A stretch of 64,000 nt of DNA from Zancudomyces culisetae HAW-14-8 (lineage: Eukaryota; Fungi; Kickxellomycota), in NCBI GenBank assembly GCA_052426225.1, contig JBNJNM010000021.1, positions 3,038,001 through 3,102,000 on the forward strand, given 5' to 3'. Both the position numbers and the translations under genes were made by a program. Each line of letters opens with the position of its first letter. Position 1 is the stretch's first letter. The notes under the pieces are model-generated. The model was not told the origin of the DNA. It searched no databases and worked only from the letters and a program-made list of their open reading frames with translations. Of the stretch, positions 37,149 through 50,380 are shown one piece after another.

Positions 37149-39547
37149 TTCGACTTCTCGATTTGGTCTTCCATAATATTTTGTGGCTATGAGTTTTATA
37201 ATCATGACTTTTTTTGGTATAGTGCTTTTTATGCGACATTTTTTGGCCTGGTGGCCTTGGTTTGTAGTGTTCACTGGGTTGATATCAACCGTTGATATAT
37301 ATTTTGATTTTTTGCGATCAATAAAGGACACTTGAATCTAAACAAAGTAAAAAAGACTGACTTTGCTGGTTACAGAATGTTCCAGATGTCAAAAAATAAA
37401 TGAAACTGTGTGTTGGGCGCATGGACTGTTCATAAACAGGTTATATCTGTATAATGTATTGTTTTTATAACACTTTGATTCTTAAAGAAGCGCATGTGTA
37501 TATATGAGAGTGTGAGAAATATATTTGAAAAATAACCAGGACAAAACAAGTAGTTTATTGCATGTTGGTGAACGTATTTTTTTTTGGATACTTCCAGTAG
37601 CTGAGAGTAAAAACCATAGTTAATATGTTTTAGAATTTATTTTGCCTAGATAAAGGTATAGAACTCATAAAGCGAAGCTTTATTTATAAATAGTATAATT
37701 ATGCCTATTTGCTAATAGCACTATTGCTATTTCTGACTGTTCTATTTTGAGAGAATATGGTTATTAAACAATCAAGTCTACACAAAAACGTCTCCAAAAG
37801 ATATAATAAAAAGCATTAAAAATTTTTAATTGTGTTTTTGTATTATACTTAAATAGGACAATAAACAAAAATAGCAGCAATATTAGTACAAAGTAAACAA
37901 TAAAGCTATTCATTTCTTTGTTCGCAATATATATTCCTGTGATAGTTTTTCAATCATCACATTTTTGAATCCACTCTACTTTTCTACAACAAGCTCGTTT
38001 TTGAGCAAAAGAAAATGGGATTTGGAGAAATAAAGTGACTACAAGAATTTTTTTTGCTGAAAACTTGTCACAATAAGAGGCAGAATGAATTTATGTTTGG
38101 CTTCAAGGACAACTCGTCATGTCACTACTTTCATTAAAGTTGTAGGTGGGGCAATCCAATATTTTAAAACTAAGTGTGTTTGTAGAGCTCGATGCAGCAA
38201 ATTTATGTCATTTTTTTATTTTCAAGAGAAAAGTGGTCACATTTTTAGTGCATCTCTGTTTTAGCACTGGGGTGAGTGGATGTACTTTAGAAACAAAAAA
38301 AAAGATCGCTAAAGCAATTTAAAACCTGGAAACCAATCCCGAGTTGATTGGCGTATTTACTTCGAAATCCACATGTGTTGCAAATAGTATTCTGAATTAT
38401 GTGTGGTGTTTTGAACTATCATAATGAGAAAAGCTGTTTGTTATCGGAGTGATTGGGAATATAAGTAAAAGAAAAAGCACACCTGTGGGCTCTTAATCGA
38501 TGTTTTGTTTGTCAAACAGATAATATGTATCACTGACCATTTAATATCAGAATGTGTTCAACAGAACGCACTTGCCCTCTAAAAAAATTCACCAAAAACA
38601 AGTTTGTGCACCTACACATTCACCACATGTTAAAATAGCTATAGACACAAGTTATGTTATGTCTTCTCAATGGGTTTGTTGCAGTTTCGTCTCGAATTCC
38701 AATACTATAATTATTGACTAGTTTACAGGACCCTACAAATAAAACACACAGTCAAAAAAAACTAGAAGAGGGTGGTGAAGAATCATATGAAAAAAGGGTT
38801 AACTTTGCAGGACCTATTTCTTGACTCAGATTGGTACCAATGTCAGGATACAAAGTTTTTTCAATATCTGCTTGTACAGCTACACCTCTTTTTATTCTTT
38901 CAGACCTCGCATCGTCTAGTTACAAATCATAAAGTGTAATGGATATCTCGCCCATAATCGGTGCTGTTTAATTTCGCTTTTTAATCTTTACCGTCTTTTT
39001 GCTTTGTTCCCAGAGCGAGTTTACAACTCTCCTAGATATTACATGTGCATCAAGAAATTGCTAACTTGTTACGTAAAATTCATTATACTAAAAATAAACT
39101 GTTTCGTTTTGTTCTATTTTTTTTTATTTCCCAGTATTACAGCTTTGTGTTTACTGCCTTTCCATTGGCCTTTCCTCAATCGATATTACGTTAAAATTAT
39201 TAAGCAAGGAGCAGCGAAAAATATAAACCACGAAAACCCATGAGTATTATGTACTATTTTAATTGATTAAAATTCACAGGCTGATAAAAAAATAAATCAA
39301 AAATACTCTTACAATACTAGGAAAACTTTTTTTTGTTGGCTGTTAATAATTGAAGCAAGCAAAAAGGGTTAGATATTTTAAAATTGGATTTAGCGGAAGA
39401 TTCTTGTACTATATTATTATTTCATTCATTAAACCATCCAGTGTTCAAACAAGGATATCGGATTCCGAAATCATAATAAGATTTTAAGAGGAAGCAGCAT
39501 ACTATACAAAGGAGTAAAGCTAAATAGGATATGAAAACATATAAAGG

Positions 39548-41704
39548 ATGGCATTAAATTTTAACGGGCTAGAATTTGAAGGCGTTCCAACAGAAGATGA
39601 AGAAGAAGCTTTGGTAGACGATGTAAATTCGGAATCCTCATTACTAGATGAGGAAGTAGATTATGATAGTGTATATGCACTTTTTGATTTTTTGGCGATG
39701 GTGGAAGGGCAGGTAACAGTAAATCATGGGGAAAAGCTAACGCTACTGGATGATTCGAACTCATACTGGTGGCTGGTGCAAGTGCTTAGGAACAATCAAA
39801 TAGGATACATACCCGCAGATAACGTAGAAACACCATATGAAAAATTAGCGAGAATAAATAGACACAAAAACATGAAATTAACGCAAGTCGATCCTGAGCA
39901 TTTGTTGAATAGAAGCAATACCAACAATAGTAAAGAAAAGAATGGATATACTAAAAAGTCAAAAAGAGGCGTAACTTTTCATTCGGATTTAATAACTGAG
40001 GAATTCGAGACTTACTATATGGAGGATTCGGACTCGGAGTACGAGCTTTATGACGATGTAGACGAGGATGAAGAGGAAGATGAGGATGAAGAAGCCAGGG
40101 ATGACTCTGATGATGAGTACTATCATAATGGAGAATACATGGAAGACGATGAAAGCGGGGAACATGTATCCATGGAAGAGGAGGGGGATGAAAATTCAGT
40201 AGATAAAGATGAACAAGAAGAAGGTGACGAGGGATGGGGCGGAGAGGGAGGGAGAGGAAGAGCAAGAAGAAGAAGAGGGAGAGAGGGAGAGGGAAGGATA
40301 AATATAAAAGAGGATGAGCAAGAACAATTAAAAGGGTACACTGTAATAGTGGGCTTTGCGGATGATAACAATAATGACACACCAAAACACACTGAGATGC
40401 GGATAATGAAAGAGTGGAAATTTTCCAGGGTTATAGAACAAGGGATTGACGAATTACAGTTAGAAAAGTCAAATGATGAATTACAATACCAATTGTACTT
40501 ATATGTAGCAAAAAAAGATCATATACAGCTTATCAGTGGCGAAGATACAGTTGAAGAACGGCTCCGAACGTTGGTTAAGCAGTTAGGAGAAGAAGATTTG
40601 ATACCAGCTGGGGGCAAAGTTAGTGCAGATGTTTTGCAGCTACTGCTTAGACAGACAGATACAGATACAATACTAGATGATATAGTCGAAGATGAATTAC
40701 TGGAAGATAGGAGGGAGGATGTGATAGGACAAAAAAGTGAGTCAAAAGAAGTGACAAGAGCAGAAGACGTTGGAGAAAGAAAAAGTAGTGAAGAAAATGA
40801 ATCGGAACTTGAAATAAATAAAAAAGAATATATACCACCAGCGAAATCATCGCCTCAACTTCAACTTCAAAAATCACAGAGAGCAAACGGAACCCCTGAG
40901 CAAAGTGATGAAAAAGGACACGCTACAGTGCGGCAGATAGAGCAAATGGTAAATGAACCTGATAGTTTAGTAGATCGAAAAATAAAAATTAGCAATCGAA
41001 ATAGCACCAGTCCAATTATACTCTCACCTCGCCCTCGGCAGCAACAGCAGCATCAACTGCAGGAACGACAACTATCAATGGAGCCCAGAACTAACGGCGT
41101 GAGCACACGTACTTCCATCGAAAATGTCTACCACAATAGACAACAATACTCGCAACAAGCACCTCAAGCTCAAAAGACAGCAGCCAGAAACAGAATTTCA
41201 ATCCAAGTAGCGCCAACAAACTACGCTTCTAACAACAACTACAGCAAAGGCGAGCATGAATATGATCACGAAAATGGAATCGGTGGACCAAGATCTGCCA
41301 TTGGTGTTGTCCAGATGGGCAGATCAAGTTCATCGACTTTTACTGACGAGTTTCCACAAAGTAGCCACAAGAACTATTCTGAATTGCCCCTAGATAGTTG
41401 GTTAACTATGTTGCGCGGATGGTTGGATTCAGACTCCTCTGTTCAAGTGGAACAGTCGTACTACTCGTTAGCAAAGGAATACGGCCTACTCGACTCATCT
41501 TCTCAAATTCACAACGACTCCAACAACACTCTAATCGCCGACACCTTTGACATATCTAAAGCAATGAAATCTTTGCCCCAGGCCCACTCCAATACTTCGG
41601 GGGTATTAGAGTCTATCTTTGAGGATAGTAGAAAACTGACTTTGCGTCTAGAATCTTTAGAATCTGACTTGGACTCCGCTGCTCGGCTCCTTGTTAACTT
41701 GTAA
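39548..41704 (+). CDS. SH3-domain polarity protein, Tea4/Bud14 family (PP1 adaptor)
   Basis: VYALFDFLAMVEGQ...LLDDSNSYWWLV...GYIPADNVETPYEKLARIN is characteristic of Tea4/Bud14; RVxF-like KRGVTF. Confidence 0.88.
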   Translation: MALNFNGLEFEGVPTEDEEEALVDDVNSESSLLDEEVDYDSVYALFDFLAMVEGQVTVNHGEKLTLLDDSNSYWWLVQVLRNNQIGYIPADNVETPYEKLARINRHKNMKLTQVDPEHLLNRSNTNNSKEKNGYTKKSKRGVTFHSDLITEEFETYYMEDSDSEYELYDDVDEDEEEDEDEEARDDSDDEYYHNGEYMEDDESGEHVSMEEEGDENSVDKDEQEEGDEGWGGEGGRGRARRRRGREGEGRINIKEDEQEQLKGYTVIVGFADDNNNDTPKHTEMRIMKEWKFSRVIEQGIDELQLEKSNDELQYQLYLYVAKKDHIQLISGEDTVEERLRTLVKQLGEEDLIPAGGKVSADVLQLLLRQTDTDTILDDIVEDELLEDRREDVIGQKSESKEVTRAEDVGERKSSEENESELEINKKEYIPPAKSSPQLQLQKSQRANGTPEQSDEKGHATVRQIEQMVNEPDSLVDRKIKISNRNSTSPIILSPRPRQQQQHQLQERQLSMEPRTNGVSTRTSIENVYHNRQQYSQQAPQAQKTAARNRISIQVAPTNYASNNNYSKGEHEYDHENGIGGPRSAIGVVQMGRSSSSTFTDEFPQSSHKNYSELPLDSWLTMLRGWLDSDSSVQVEQSYYSLAKEYGLLDSSSQIHNDSNNTLIADTFDISKAMKSLPQAHSNTSGVLESIFEDSRKLTLRLESLESDLDSAARLLVNL

Positions 41705-41836
41705 CTTGTAACTTTTTTGATTTAGCTATAATTTTGAGTGAACTCTGTTTATTCTTGAAAAGAAAATTATGATAATAACAACACTTCCGCTAAAGTTATT
41801 GTTACTTTTACTACTAAAAAAAAAAAGTCATCCTGC

Positions 41837-42610
41837 TTATTTGCTCATTGCCTTTTCGTAAGTTTCAGAGATCTTTTTCCAGTTGACTATTTTCCAAATA
41901 TTCTGGTAAAAGTCCAACTTAACATTGTTGTAGTCCACGTAGTAGGCGTGTTCCCAGGCGTCAATTCCGAACAATGCTTCATAGTTTCCTGCTGCGCCCA
42001 CTGTATCTTGGTTGGCTGTGGTCATCACACCCAGGGATTTATTGTTATAGTCAAACACTAGCCATCCCCAACCAGAACCCATCAATCCCATGCTCTTACC
42101 AACAAGTAATTTTTTCAAATTGTCGATACCCCCAAAATCTCTACTTATTTGTTTGCTCAAACTTGCGCTGATCTCATTCCCCTCATCTCCTCCTCCGTTC
42201 TTTGTGGGCTTTATTGTGTCCCACATCAGACTGTGGTTGATGTGACCACCAGCGTTGAACCCCACAATCCTTTGTAGCTCTGCCAACTTTTTATCATTTG
42301 CCAGTATTTCGTTCCTCAAACTTTCCAGCTTGTTCTTATCACCTGAAACTCCCTCTTGCTTACCTGTCAATGCTGCTGAGCTATCCAATAGGGTCTTCAT
42401 TTGCTCAATCGAATTGTTCAAATTAGTTACATATGCTCTGTGGTGCTTGTCATGATGAAGCATCATCAGCTTTTTTGACAAGACAGGCTCCAACTCATCA
42501 TACCCATAAGCGAGCTCGGGCAAAGTATGCTTAAATCTAGCACCGCCAAATCTCACTCCGATCTTAGCTCCGTTGTTTACCAGAGTTCTCAAAGCACTTT
42601 TTCCAATCAT
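41837..42610 (-). CDS. SOD2: Mitochondrial Mn superoxide dismutase
   Basis: Presequence; KHTLPEL.YGY..LEP, HHDKHH.AYV, FNAGGHINHS, GSGWGWL, DAWEHAYY. Confidence 0.95.
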   Translation of the reverse strand: MIGKSALRTLVNNGAKIGVRFGGARFKHTLPELAYGYDELEPVLSKKLMMLHHDKHHRAYVTNLNNSIEQMKTLLDSSAALTGKQEGVSGDKNKLESLRNEILANDKKLAELQRIVGFNAGGHINHSLMWDTIKPTKNGGGDEGNEISASLSKQISRDFGGIDNLKKLLVGKSMGLMGSGWGWLVFDYNNKSLGVMTTANQDTVGAAGNYEALFGIDAWEHAYYVDYNNVKLDFYQNIWKIVNWKKISETYEKAMSK

Positions 42611-43410
42611 TTTAGTCTTCAAATTTACGTTTTAGTATTTGCACTATTCTTATTTCGTTGGTTATTGTGATTCTTTATTTGAAAAAGAATAAAAGATTAA
42701 TAAAAAAAGTTTTTATTGCTTTTGTACCAGAAACCATTTGTATTTATATGGGCATCAGTATTTTTGAAACCGATTCGTCAGCTTGGAGAAATGAAGCATT
42801 AATCTAACTGGATATTGCATCAACCCCCCATTCCCCCCATTACTCGTCTCCATTACCCTCCTTCCCCCTCTTTGTCTCTCACCCACCCCCCTCGTGTTTT
42901 TTAATTCCTGTGGTTTTGTAAACAAATCAGATGCACATACCAGATTGCAGCTAGATTATTCGATATACGAGTATTAGTGCATATGATAAACAGATATCGG
43001 TGTTTTAATTGGATTCCCGACATTTTCGTTTTTTAGCTTACTAATCCCGACCTAGTAGCAATTGTACCAATTAAGCTAGCGGAAGACCGGGTTGTTAGGC
43101 TGAAATAATTTTGAATTTAACTATTTGGAGCTGAGTGCTGAAAACAGTGCTGATAAAATCTAACTGAAATGGCTTGAAACATTTTCCAGCCCTTTTTATA
43201 TCACTGACATTTGTCCGAGAATATCAAATCAGATAAAACAGTGACAATATTGTAGCTTTATTTGTGAAATATGCTAGCACACACTTTTTTTTTAAACTAG
43301 AGGCTACTACTATTATTAAAACAAATGGTAAAGCAAACGGTAAATGCATACTGTTAAGGGGAGCTGCGAGTACTGTGTGGAATGTGGCTTAACCAAAAAG
43401 TATTCTACTC

Positions 43411-44589
43411 TTAAACAGTAAAAAAAAATGCTAAAACCAAGGCATCGATCGCAAAGTACTTAAGCTTACACGTTACTACACCACCACCACCCTCTAAAGT
43501 ATGAGTTCCATATCTTGTAGCGCTGCTACTTAACTTTTTTTTACATGACCATTGCCTTCTTGAAGTCTTGTCAATTCTTTTTTTTGTATCCGCACAATCG
43601 AGTTTACTGGTTGAGCTCTCAATGGTCATTGCACCATTAACTCTTTGGAGGCTAGGAAGCTCAATATTCTCAAAGCCACCAACAGCCAAAAATTTTCCGC
43701 CTATAATCTCGAGTTTTGGGAATGCATTTGTATCTATCTGCACGAATAAGCGATTAAATTGAATTAGCAGGTTACGACTGATCTTGGATAGCTCTGGAAA
43801 GGATACATATGTAAGATTATCATTTTCTGTAATTATAAAATCCATTCCAACGCTCTCCAGCTTTAATATTTCGACACGTGTAGAGTATGCTCCCAATATG
43901 GTTATAGACTTTCCTATTTTTCTCAGTGCCGGCAGATTGAGGTCCAAAAATGATCCAAATATCGCAGATCCACCCACCAAAGTCAATTTATTAAACTTTG
44001 CTTCTAAATCCGCGTGGTTATTATTAAGTGATAACTCCCCTTCAATGGATTCCAGGCCGCCAAAGCTAACTTTGGCTAAATCCATATTGTCACTAATGTT
44101 TAAGGTTTTGATCTTTTTTATACGAGAGTTTTCTATCTTTGGAATAGATGTTTGAATGATTTTTATCTCAGAGATATCAGTGATTTCTTCAAGAATTATT
44201 TGGCTTAAGTTTGGGTTATTTTTAATTGAAATGGTCTTTACACTGGATAAATTTAACAACGATACAGCTATTAGCTCTATGTTATCCCTGAGTTCTAGTG
44301 TCTCTGATACTGACTTTAATTCTTTGATGTCTATATTTTTTAATCCAAAGTTTTCAGCCACTTTAAAACTTCCATTCAACACTGTTAGTCTTCCAAAGTC
44401 CAGACTTTCTGCCTTTGTGTCCTTAATTACGATATCACCATAGTAGATTGGACATCTTCCTACCACATCCGCGTCCTCTTGTGTTTTGACTTCTATGTTT
44501 TCCGCACACTCTCCTAGCACATTATTCAGTACACAACCCACCAACATTAGCGCTTTTGTTGCTATTCGAACTACCCTTTTCAACAACAT
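43411..44589 (-). CDS. Ecm33/Sps2/Pst1-like receptor L-domain cell-surface protein (GPI-type C-terminus)
   Basis: Signal peptide, repeated L..L..I.G.L.I..N..L units, FPKLEIIGG, LP.LQRVNG...IES...LDC and a hydrophobic C-terminus. Confidence 0.88.
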   Translation of the reverse strand: MLLKRVVRIATKALMLVGCVLNNVLGECAENIEVKTQEDADVVGRCPIYYGDIVIKDTKAESLDFGRLTVLNGSFKVAENFGLKNIDIKELKSVSETLELRDNIELIAVSLLNLSSVKTISIKNNPNLSQIILEEITDISEIKIIQTSIPKIENSRIKKIKTLNISDNMDLAKVSFGGLESIEGELSLNNNHADLEAKFNKLTLVGGSAIFGSFLDLNLPALRKIGKSITILGAYSTRVEILKLESVGMDFIITENDNLTYVSFPELSKISRNLLIQFNRLFVQIDTNAFPKLEIIGGKFLAVGGFENIELPSLQRVNGAMTIESSTSKLDCADTKKRIDKTSRRQWSCKKKLSSSATRYGTHTLEGGGGVVTCKLKYFAIDALVLAFFFTV

Positions 44590-45763
44590 GCTGGCTTCTT
44601 TGGAATCAAAATAGATAGAATTTTTGTTTAGTTTTAGTCTAGTCTCTAGTTTATTAGAAATAATTTAGCCGATGTTACATGTTTAAATAATTAAGTATAT
44701 ATATTTATATTTATAAAATGTGTTCAAGCAAACGCATCTTTTTTTTCCACACATGCATAGTATCAAAGAAAAAAGTATATGCACTACCTCTAAAAGGTGT
44801 TTAACTTTTTTTTTTGCTAGCTATGATAATGTTTTTTTATCTTTAACATTGGTCAAAAACGAGAAAATAGGTGAAATTATCAATATCATCAGGTATGAAT
44901 GTAGCTCCACCTATATTTTGCAGCTAATAATTATAAAACAAAAGCATTTAATAAATGAAATCAACAGTTAGTGCAGAAATATAACCCCGTTCCAGCTATT
45001 GTTGACTTTCTAGTAAACAATTATTTGATTTTCTGGTTCAATCATGAACTTGGTCCTCTAAATTTTTGAGCAGTAAATGGCAAAGTTTCGATTAGAATCG
45101 TTCAGCTCTAGCGTAAAAGAAAAGAACAAATACTGAATACTGCTGTGTTGGTGCTAAAGCTCATAATTGTGAAAATTTGAGAAAGTTAGAGGGTGAGAGG
45201 GTGAAAGAGTTGAAGGGATTCTTTATTGAAAAGTTACTTTACAAGTTTAATTGATTATTCAAACATGTACGTATTAATTTTTTTTAAAAAGATAGCCACA
45301 ACATTGGTAATGAAAAAGTTTAAGACCACAGTGCATAACCAGACAAGAATTGTGTGTACTTGTTTGATACTTCGCTAAGCCCAGGCTCGGATTTGCAAAA
45401 CTATGCTTTTTTATCACATAAAGTGTCATTATATCAATAGCATATAACAAAAAGAGGACATATTCATCACATTTTTCCACAATGTTTGCTTTCAAGGCCT
45501 AGCATAACTTTTCTCAGAACATTGTTCACATGCCAAAACAACCCAACCTGTAAAGCGGTTTGGAAAACCATGATTAATAAGGATAAAACCGAAAATGGAA
45601 AATCTCTCATCACTGGCGGCTTTTGTATCAAAAAAAAAAGAAAACCCTGCATTTGGATATAAATTCGAGCTTTTTCAAAAAGAAATTAAAAGAAAAGCAA
45701 AAAATGAAGCAAAGGGCTTTAAATATACGTAAATATGTTTAATAACAAAGTGTAATAGTGAAA

Positions 45764-47265
45764 TTATTGAGAAACATCTGGGTATAAGTCAAATCTTCGT
45801 TGGTTGTAAATAGGAATCCCGCTTCGTATTTCCTGAATATCGTTGGTATCTAACACAGGTTAATAGTACAGTTTGTTAGGTAAACACTTATGAAAGTTAT
45901 GATATGGACATTTTAAATGTAAAATAGTATCGATAATGGTACCTATTTCAGCATAAACAATTGATTCTTCAGCACCAGCTTTGGCAATAACTTCGCCCTT
46001 TGGGTTAACCATAGTTGAATGGCCCCACGCATGGTACGTTGCCTCCAAGTTTCGTGCAGGTGAACACCCTCCAACAAAAATCATATTATCAGTTGCCCGT
46101 GCTCTAAGCAAGAGTTCCCAATGCATTGGTCCTGTTGTTAAATTAAAAGCTCCTGGGTATATCATCGCCAAACAACCTAAAATATCATTTCAAGGTTAGT
46201 TCAAACCTGTTAAATTCGGGAAAAAAAAACAACTAGTTGAGATATTAACTCTATACAACCAAAAAGTATACATCGAAACAAGGAAAACAACTATCTAGAA
46301 ATTATATATGTTTACCCTTTCTGGCTGCGATCATAGCAAGTTCAGGAAATCTCATATCGTAGCAGATACCCACACCAATCTTACCCCATGCTGTAACCAG
46401 ATTCATTAAATAAATTTTTCGTTAATATCATTAAAACTTGAAACGTTGATACATCATATAAAAATTAAACGTATTTACGTGACTCAAAGCTTGTTAGCTC
46501 GTTTCCTGGGCTTAGAACTTCGCTCTCAATAAATCTGATTTTATTTGGTATATCAATGTCAAATAAATGTATTTTTCTGTGCTTAGCTATCATCTTCCCC
46601 TCATCATTCCAAACTGTGCACGTGTTATATAGCTTCCCAGTACCCTCCTCACACTCGGGTATGGATCCTAGTGTAAAATAAAAGTAAATATGAGGTTCGA
46701 TTGTTTTAAGTATAAGGTGTACGCTAACAGGTATCATCATAATCTTGAAAGCGATATACTCCATCTACTAATTAAAAAGGTTACCTCCTATTAAATAGAC
46801 ACCTGCATCCTATATACGACGAAAAAGTTGCTGTTTAGAAAATTTAATAAGCTGAGGTAAAGTTCTTGTAGGTAGAAATATATAACAGAGTAATACCTTG
46901 GCCATGTCAGAAAGTGCCTTCGTGCTTTCTTGGAGGTTATCCGGATTTATCGGCTCGGAATATTCCTGGAAATATTGAGTTCCATATGGTGAATTGAAAC
47001 ATTCCTACTCGTTATATCTATATTGTTAACCTCGCCCTCCCAAAATATATGAGCTAGTGATATAAACACACTATAAACTATAAACTATAAACAATATATC
47101 AAACACGTAACCATATATATGTATATATTGCACTCTTACCGGTAGAACTACAAGCTTAGCGCCCTCCTGGCCTGCCTTCATAACTAGACTGCGCGCATTT
47201 GCAAGATTTGTAGCCTTTTTTGCGCCCGAGCAGAGCTGCACCAAAGCAATCTTAAATTTGCTCAT
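45764..47265 (-). CDS. NIT3: Omega-amidase (nitrilase family Nit3/NIT2), multi-exon
   Basis: [58 protein letters not shown]. Confidence 0.93.
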
Positions 47266-48039
47266 TTTACCTAATTCTTCAAAAATAAATAGACTAGTTA
47301 AAGTTGTGTATTTGGTAGCTATTATAGCTCTTGTTTGAACACTCTTGTTAAAAATTAAAGATTAAAGATTAAATGAAAGCCAGAAGTTTATTTGGTGCAA
47401 TTATATAGTAGATGGCACTAGTAGACAATTTAGTCATTAGTTGAAACCAGCAATTGATCAAATTTGAAAATTATTCCTTTACTTTCCAGCTTTATGTTAG
47501 CATAGCTCTCCCACCACTTCCCCCCCCCTTTTTTTCCACTAAAGCCAACAAAGATCTCAGCAAATCACTAATAGAGTAAAACTGAAATAAGCAGTAAATT
47601 ATGAAACAAACCAAAGTCCAAGCAATTAAAAAAAAGATATCTTCAGGCGCCTGAGCGCATTAGGTATGTGATGAATCTTGATTAAATACTTGGCTGTACA
47701 CCAAAGATGATAAAAAGATATCATGCTAGACACTAGAGGTTGGTTATGCTTGTAAAAAAAATTACATTAATACTTCGTGGCATTGCCATTCGTATACCTT
47801 TGCCCCTAATGTGGTTAAATGTACTTTTTAACGTAAATAAGCAAAGTGTCAAAGTTACATCAGGTTTGCGCTATTTACTACTAAATAATTATTGGCCACA
47901 AAAAAAATTACAATGAAATATCAATTAGTGTAGTTGTTAAAGCATAGCAAGTCTTGCAGCTTTAATTATAGTATAAAGACCTTTTATTCTAATTGATAAT
48001 TAACAATATTTGAAAATTCAATTTTAAATATTAACAAAA

Positions 48040-48740
48040 ATGTCGAAAAACTTCAAGATGATAGGGGAGGAGGTGTGGAAAAATAAAGTGGAACGGGTCA
48101 ATCTAGAGTTTTTTATATTTACATATGGAGCTTTTGTGGTTCAACTCATTCAAGATTATGAAGATTACGAGCAAGTTAACAAACAATTGGAGAAGATGGG
48201 ATACAACATTGGCACACGAATAATAGATGATTTTTTGGCTAGAACAAATCTGACGAAATGTGTGGATTTTAAGGAAACAATGAATGTGATCTGTAGCGTT
48301 GGCTTTAAAATGTATATGAACTGCGTACCGCAATTAACAAACTTTTCTACAGATAATAAGAGCTGTAGTATAGTACTGGACGAAAATCCTTTAAACGAAT
48401 ATGTCGAATTAACCCAGGAAGCACTCAATGGCGGATTATGGTACTCTAATGTAATAATAGGCGTGTTGAAAGGGGCGCTTGAGATGGTAGGTTGACAATT
48501 TTTCCTTCTTTAAAAAAATGTGACCAATTGAGTAACGGGTATTAACCGTTATTATATCCGAAACACTGTATTTATAAATATTCAGAGTAAAATTGAGTTA
48601 GGAGAAATCAAACTAAATAGATACAAATGCAGATCGAGGCAGAATTCATCACTGATGTATTGCGAGGTGATGAAACAACTGAAATCAAAGTGACTTTGGT
48701 GAGGATGATAGATGAAGAGGTCCCACCCAGCGAAGGATAG
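48040..48740 (+). CDS. BET3: TRAPP complex subunit Bet3 (2 exons)
   Basis: TYG..V.QL..DYED...VNKQLEKMGYNIG.R.IDDFLA, LWYSN...GVLKGALEM; second exon DVLRGD..TEI...EVPP.EG*. Confidence 0.96.
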
Positions 48741-48884
48741 TGTTGTAGAATTTGTAAAGAAATATTCTCTTTATTACTATTAAGATATGAAAAAACCAGC
48801 ACGATTATGTACATGAGCGTTTTGTATTTTCATAAAACGAATAAAGTATTTAACCAAAATTGCAAAATCAGAATCAAAATCAAA

Positions 48885-50380
48885 CTAAGCTGCTAGCTCC
48901 ACAGCAACTTTAAAAGCGCCGATTAGTGCAGAAAGCTGGGTTCTCTCAGAGGCGCCGTTCCCAAGCTTGTATTCAATATCTGACATTTTATCGATAATGA
49001 AAATACGGGTTTGATCAGGAAAGTCGATAGCATTGACAAACTCAAGTAAACTGGTTATAATATCTTGAAGTGCCAAACCGTGGTTGTTTTTGATTTTGGA
49101 AATATAATCTAGGGCAACTGAATATTCATCGTTTAGCATAGAATCCAGAATATTTTGTACATCCTCTGGCCGTGGTTGTCCAGTACAGTTGTATACAGCA
49201 TCCTTATCTATCACATCATACGCAGAGTGACAACCTTGAAGGATATTGAGCACCCGACGCATATCACCCCCACCAAGCTTCAAAACTGCCTCCAGACCGC
49301 CATCACCAAGTCGTATTCCTTCGTTTTGTATCACAAATCCTACTCGACCCTTTATTTGCTCGGAGCTCAGAGGTGAAAATCTGAACTTGGTGCACCTGGA
49401 CTGTATAGCGGGTATTATTTTTGTTGCATAGTTGCATATTATGCAAAATCTAACATTTCGTGTGTATTTCTCCATAACTCTTCTAAGGGCCGCCTGCGCC
49501 GCCTGTGTCATCGAATCCGCTTCATCGAGTATTATCAACTTAAATCCCAGCCTATTTGTTCACTAGCCGATTAAATCTCTATCTACTCATACCATTATTT
49601 TTTTACTGAAAGGAATATCTTACCCAAATACGTTTTGTGTACTAGCAAAGTTTTTAATCTGTTCGCGTACTACATCGATTCCTCTATCATCTGAAGCATT
49701 AAGCTATTTTGTTGGTCCATTGGTGCGCTTTAATCAGTTAAAAAGGATACTCACATAAGCAATTCTGAACACCTTCTTTAATAAAACAATTATGGTCCAC
49801 GACCAACGTAAAAGACAACTTACCTCTTGTACCATACTTTTTGCTTGTTTTCCATATAGCTGCTTGGCTAAGGCAAGAATTGTACTTGTCTTTCCTGTAC
49901 CCGGAGGTCCATAGAACAATAAATGCGGAAGATTCTTTTTTTCGATATATTTTTGAACTATTTACCATTAATATTATTATTCTCAGTATTCTCAGTAATC
50001 ATTCTAGATCATTGATGGATACAGTTAGCAAAAAAAGATAAAACACGCAGAAGGTTTATACGCGATTCTTACTTGTCTCAATGATATACGTTTGTGAGAC
50101 TAGATCATCTAATTTTTCTGGTCTATACTTTTCTATCCTAAATGTAGTTATTATAGATCGCTTAAATGCTATTAATTTTGTCGCAACAAAATATTATAAA
50201 TAATTTCTTGAATCGAAGCCATCAAAACAACAAATTCCTGCTGCTGTACGCTATTCAAGCGCAGCTATAAATATTTTTTAGCAAAGCGTACCACATAAGC
50301 CTTTCATCGTCAATCTTAGCTTTAGTACCCGCTCGATTCGCCTTGTCTGTATTCGAGTTAAAATCGCTTTCTACTTCCAT
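48885..50380 (-). CDS. RFC3: Replication factor C small subunit (yeast Rfc3/human RFC5), multi-exon
   Basis: [69 protein letters not shown]. Confidence 0.93.
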
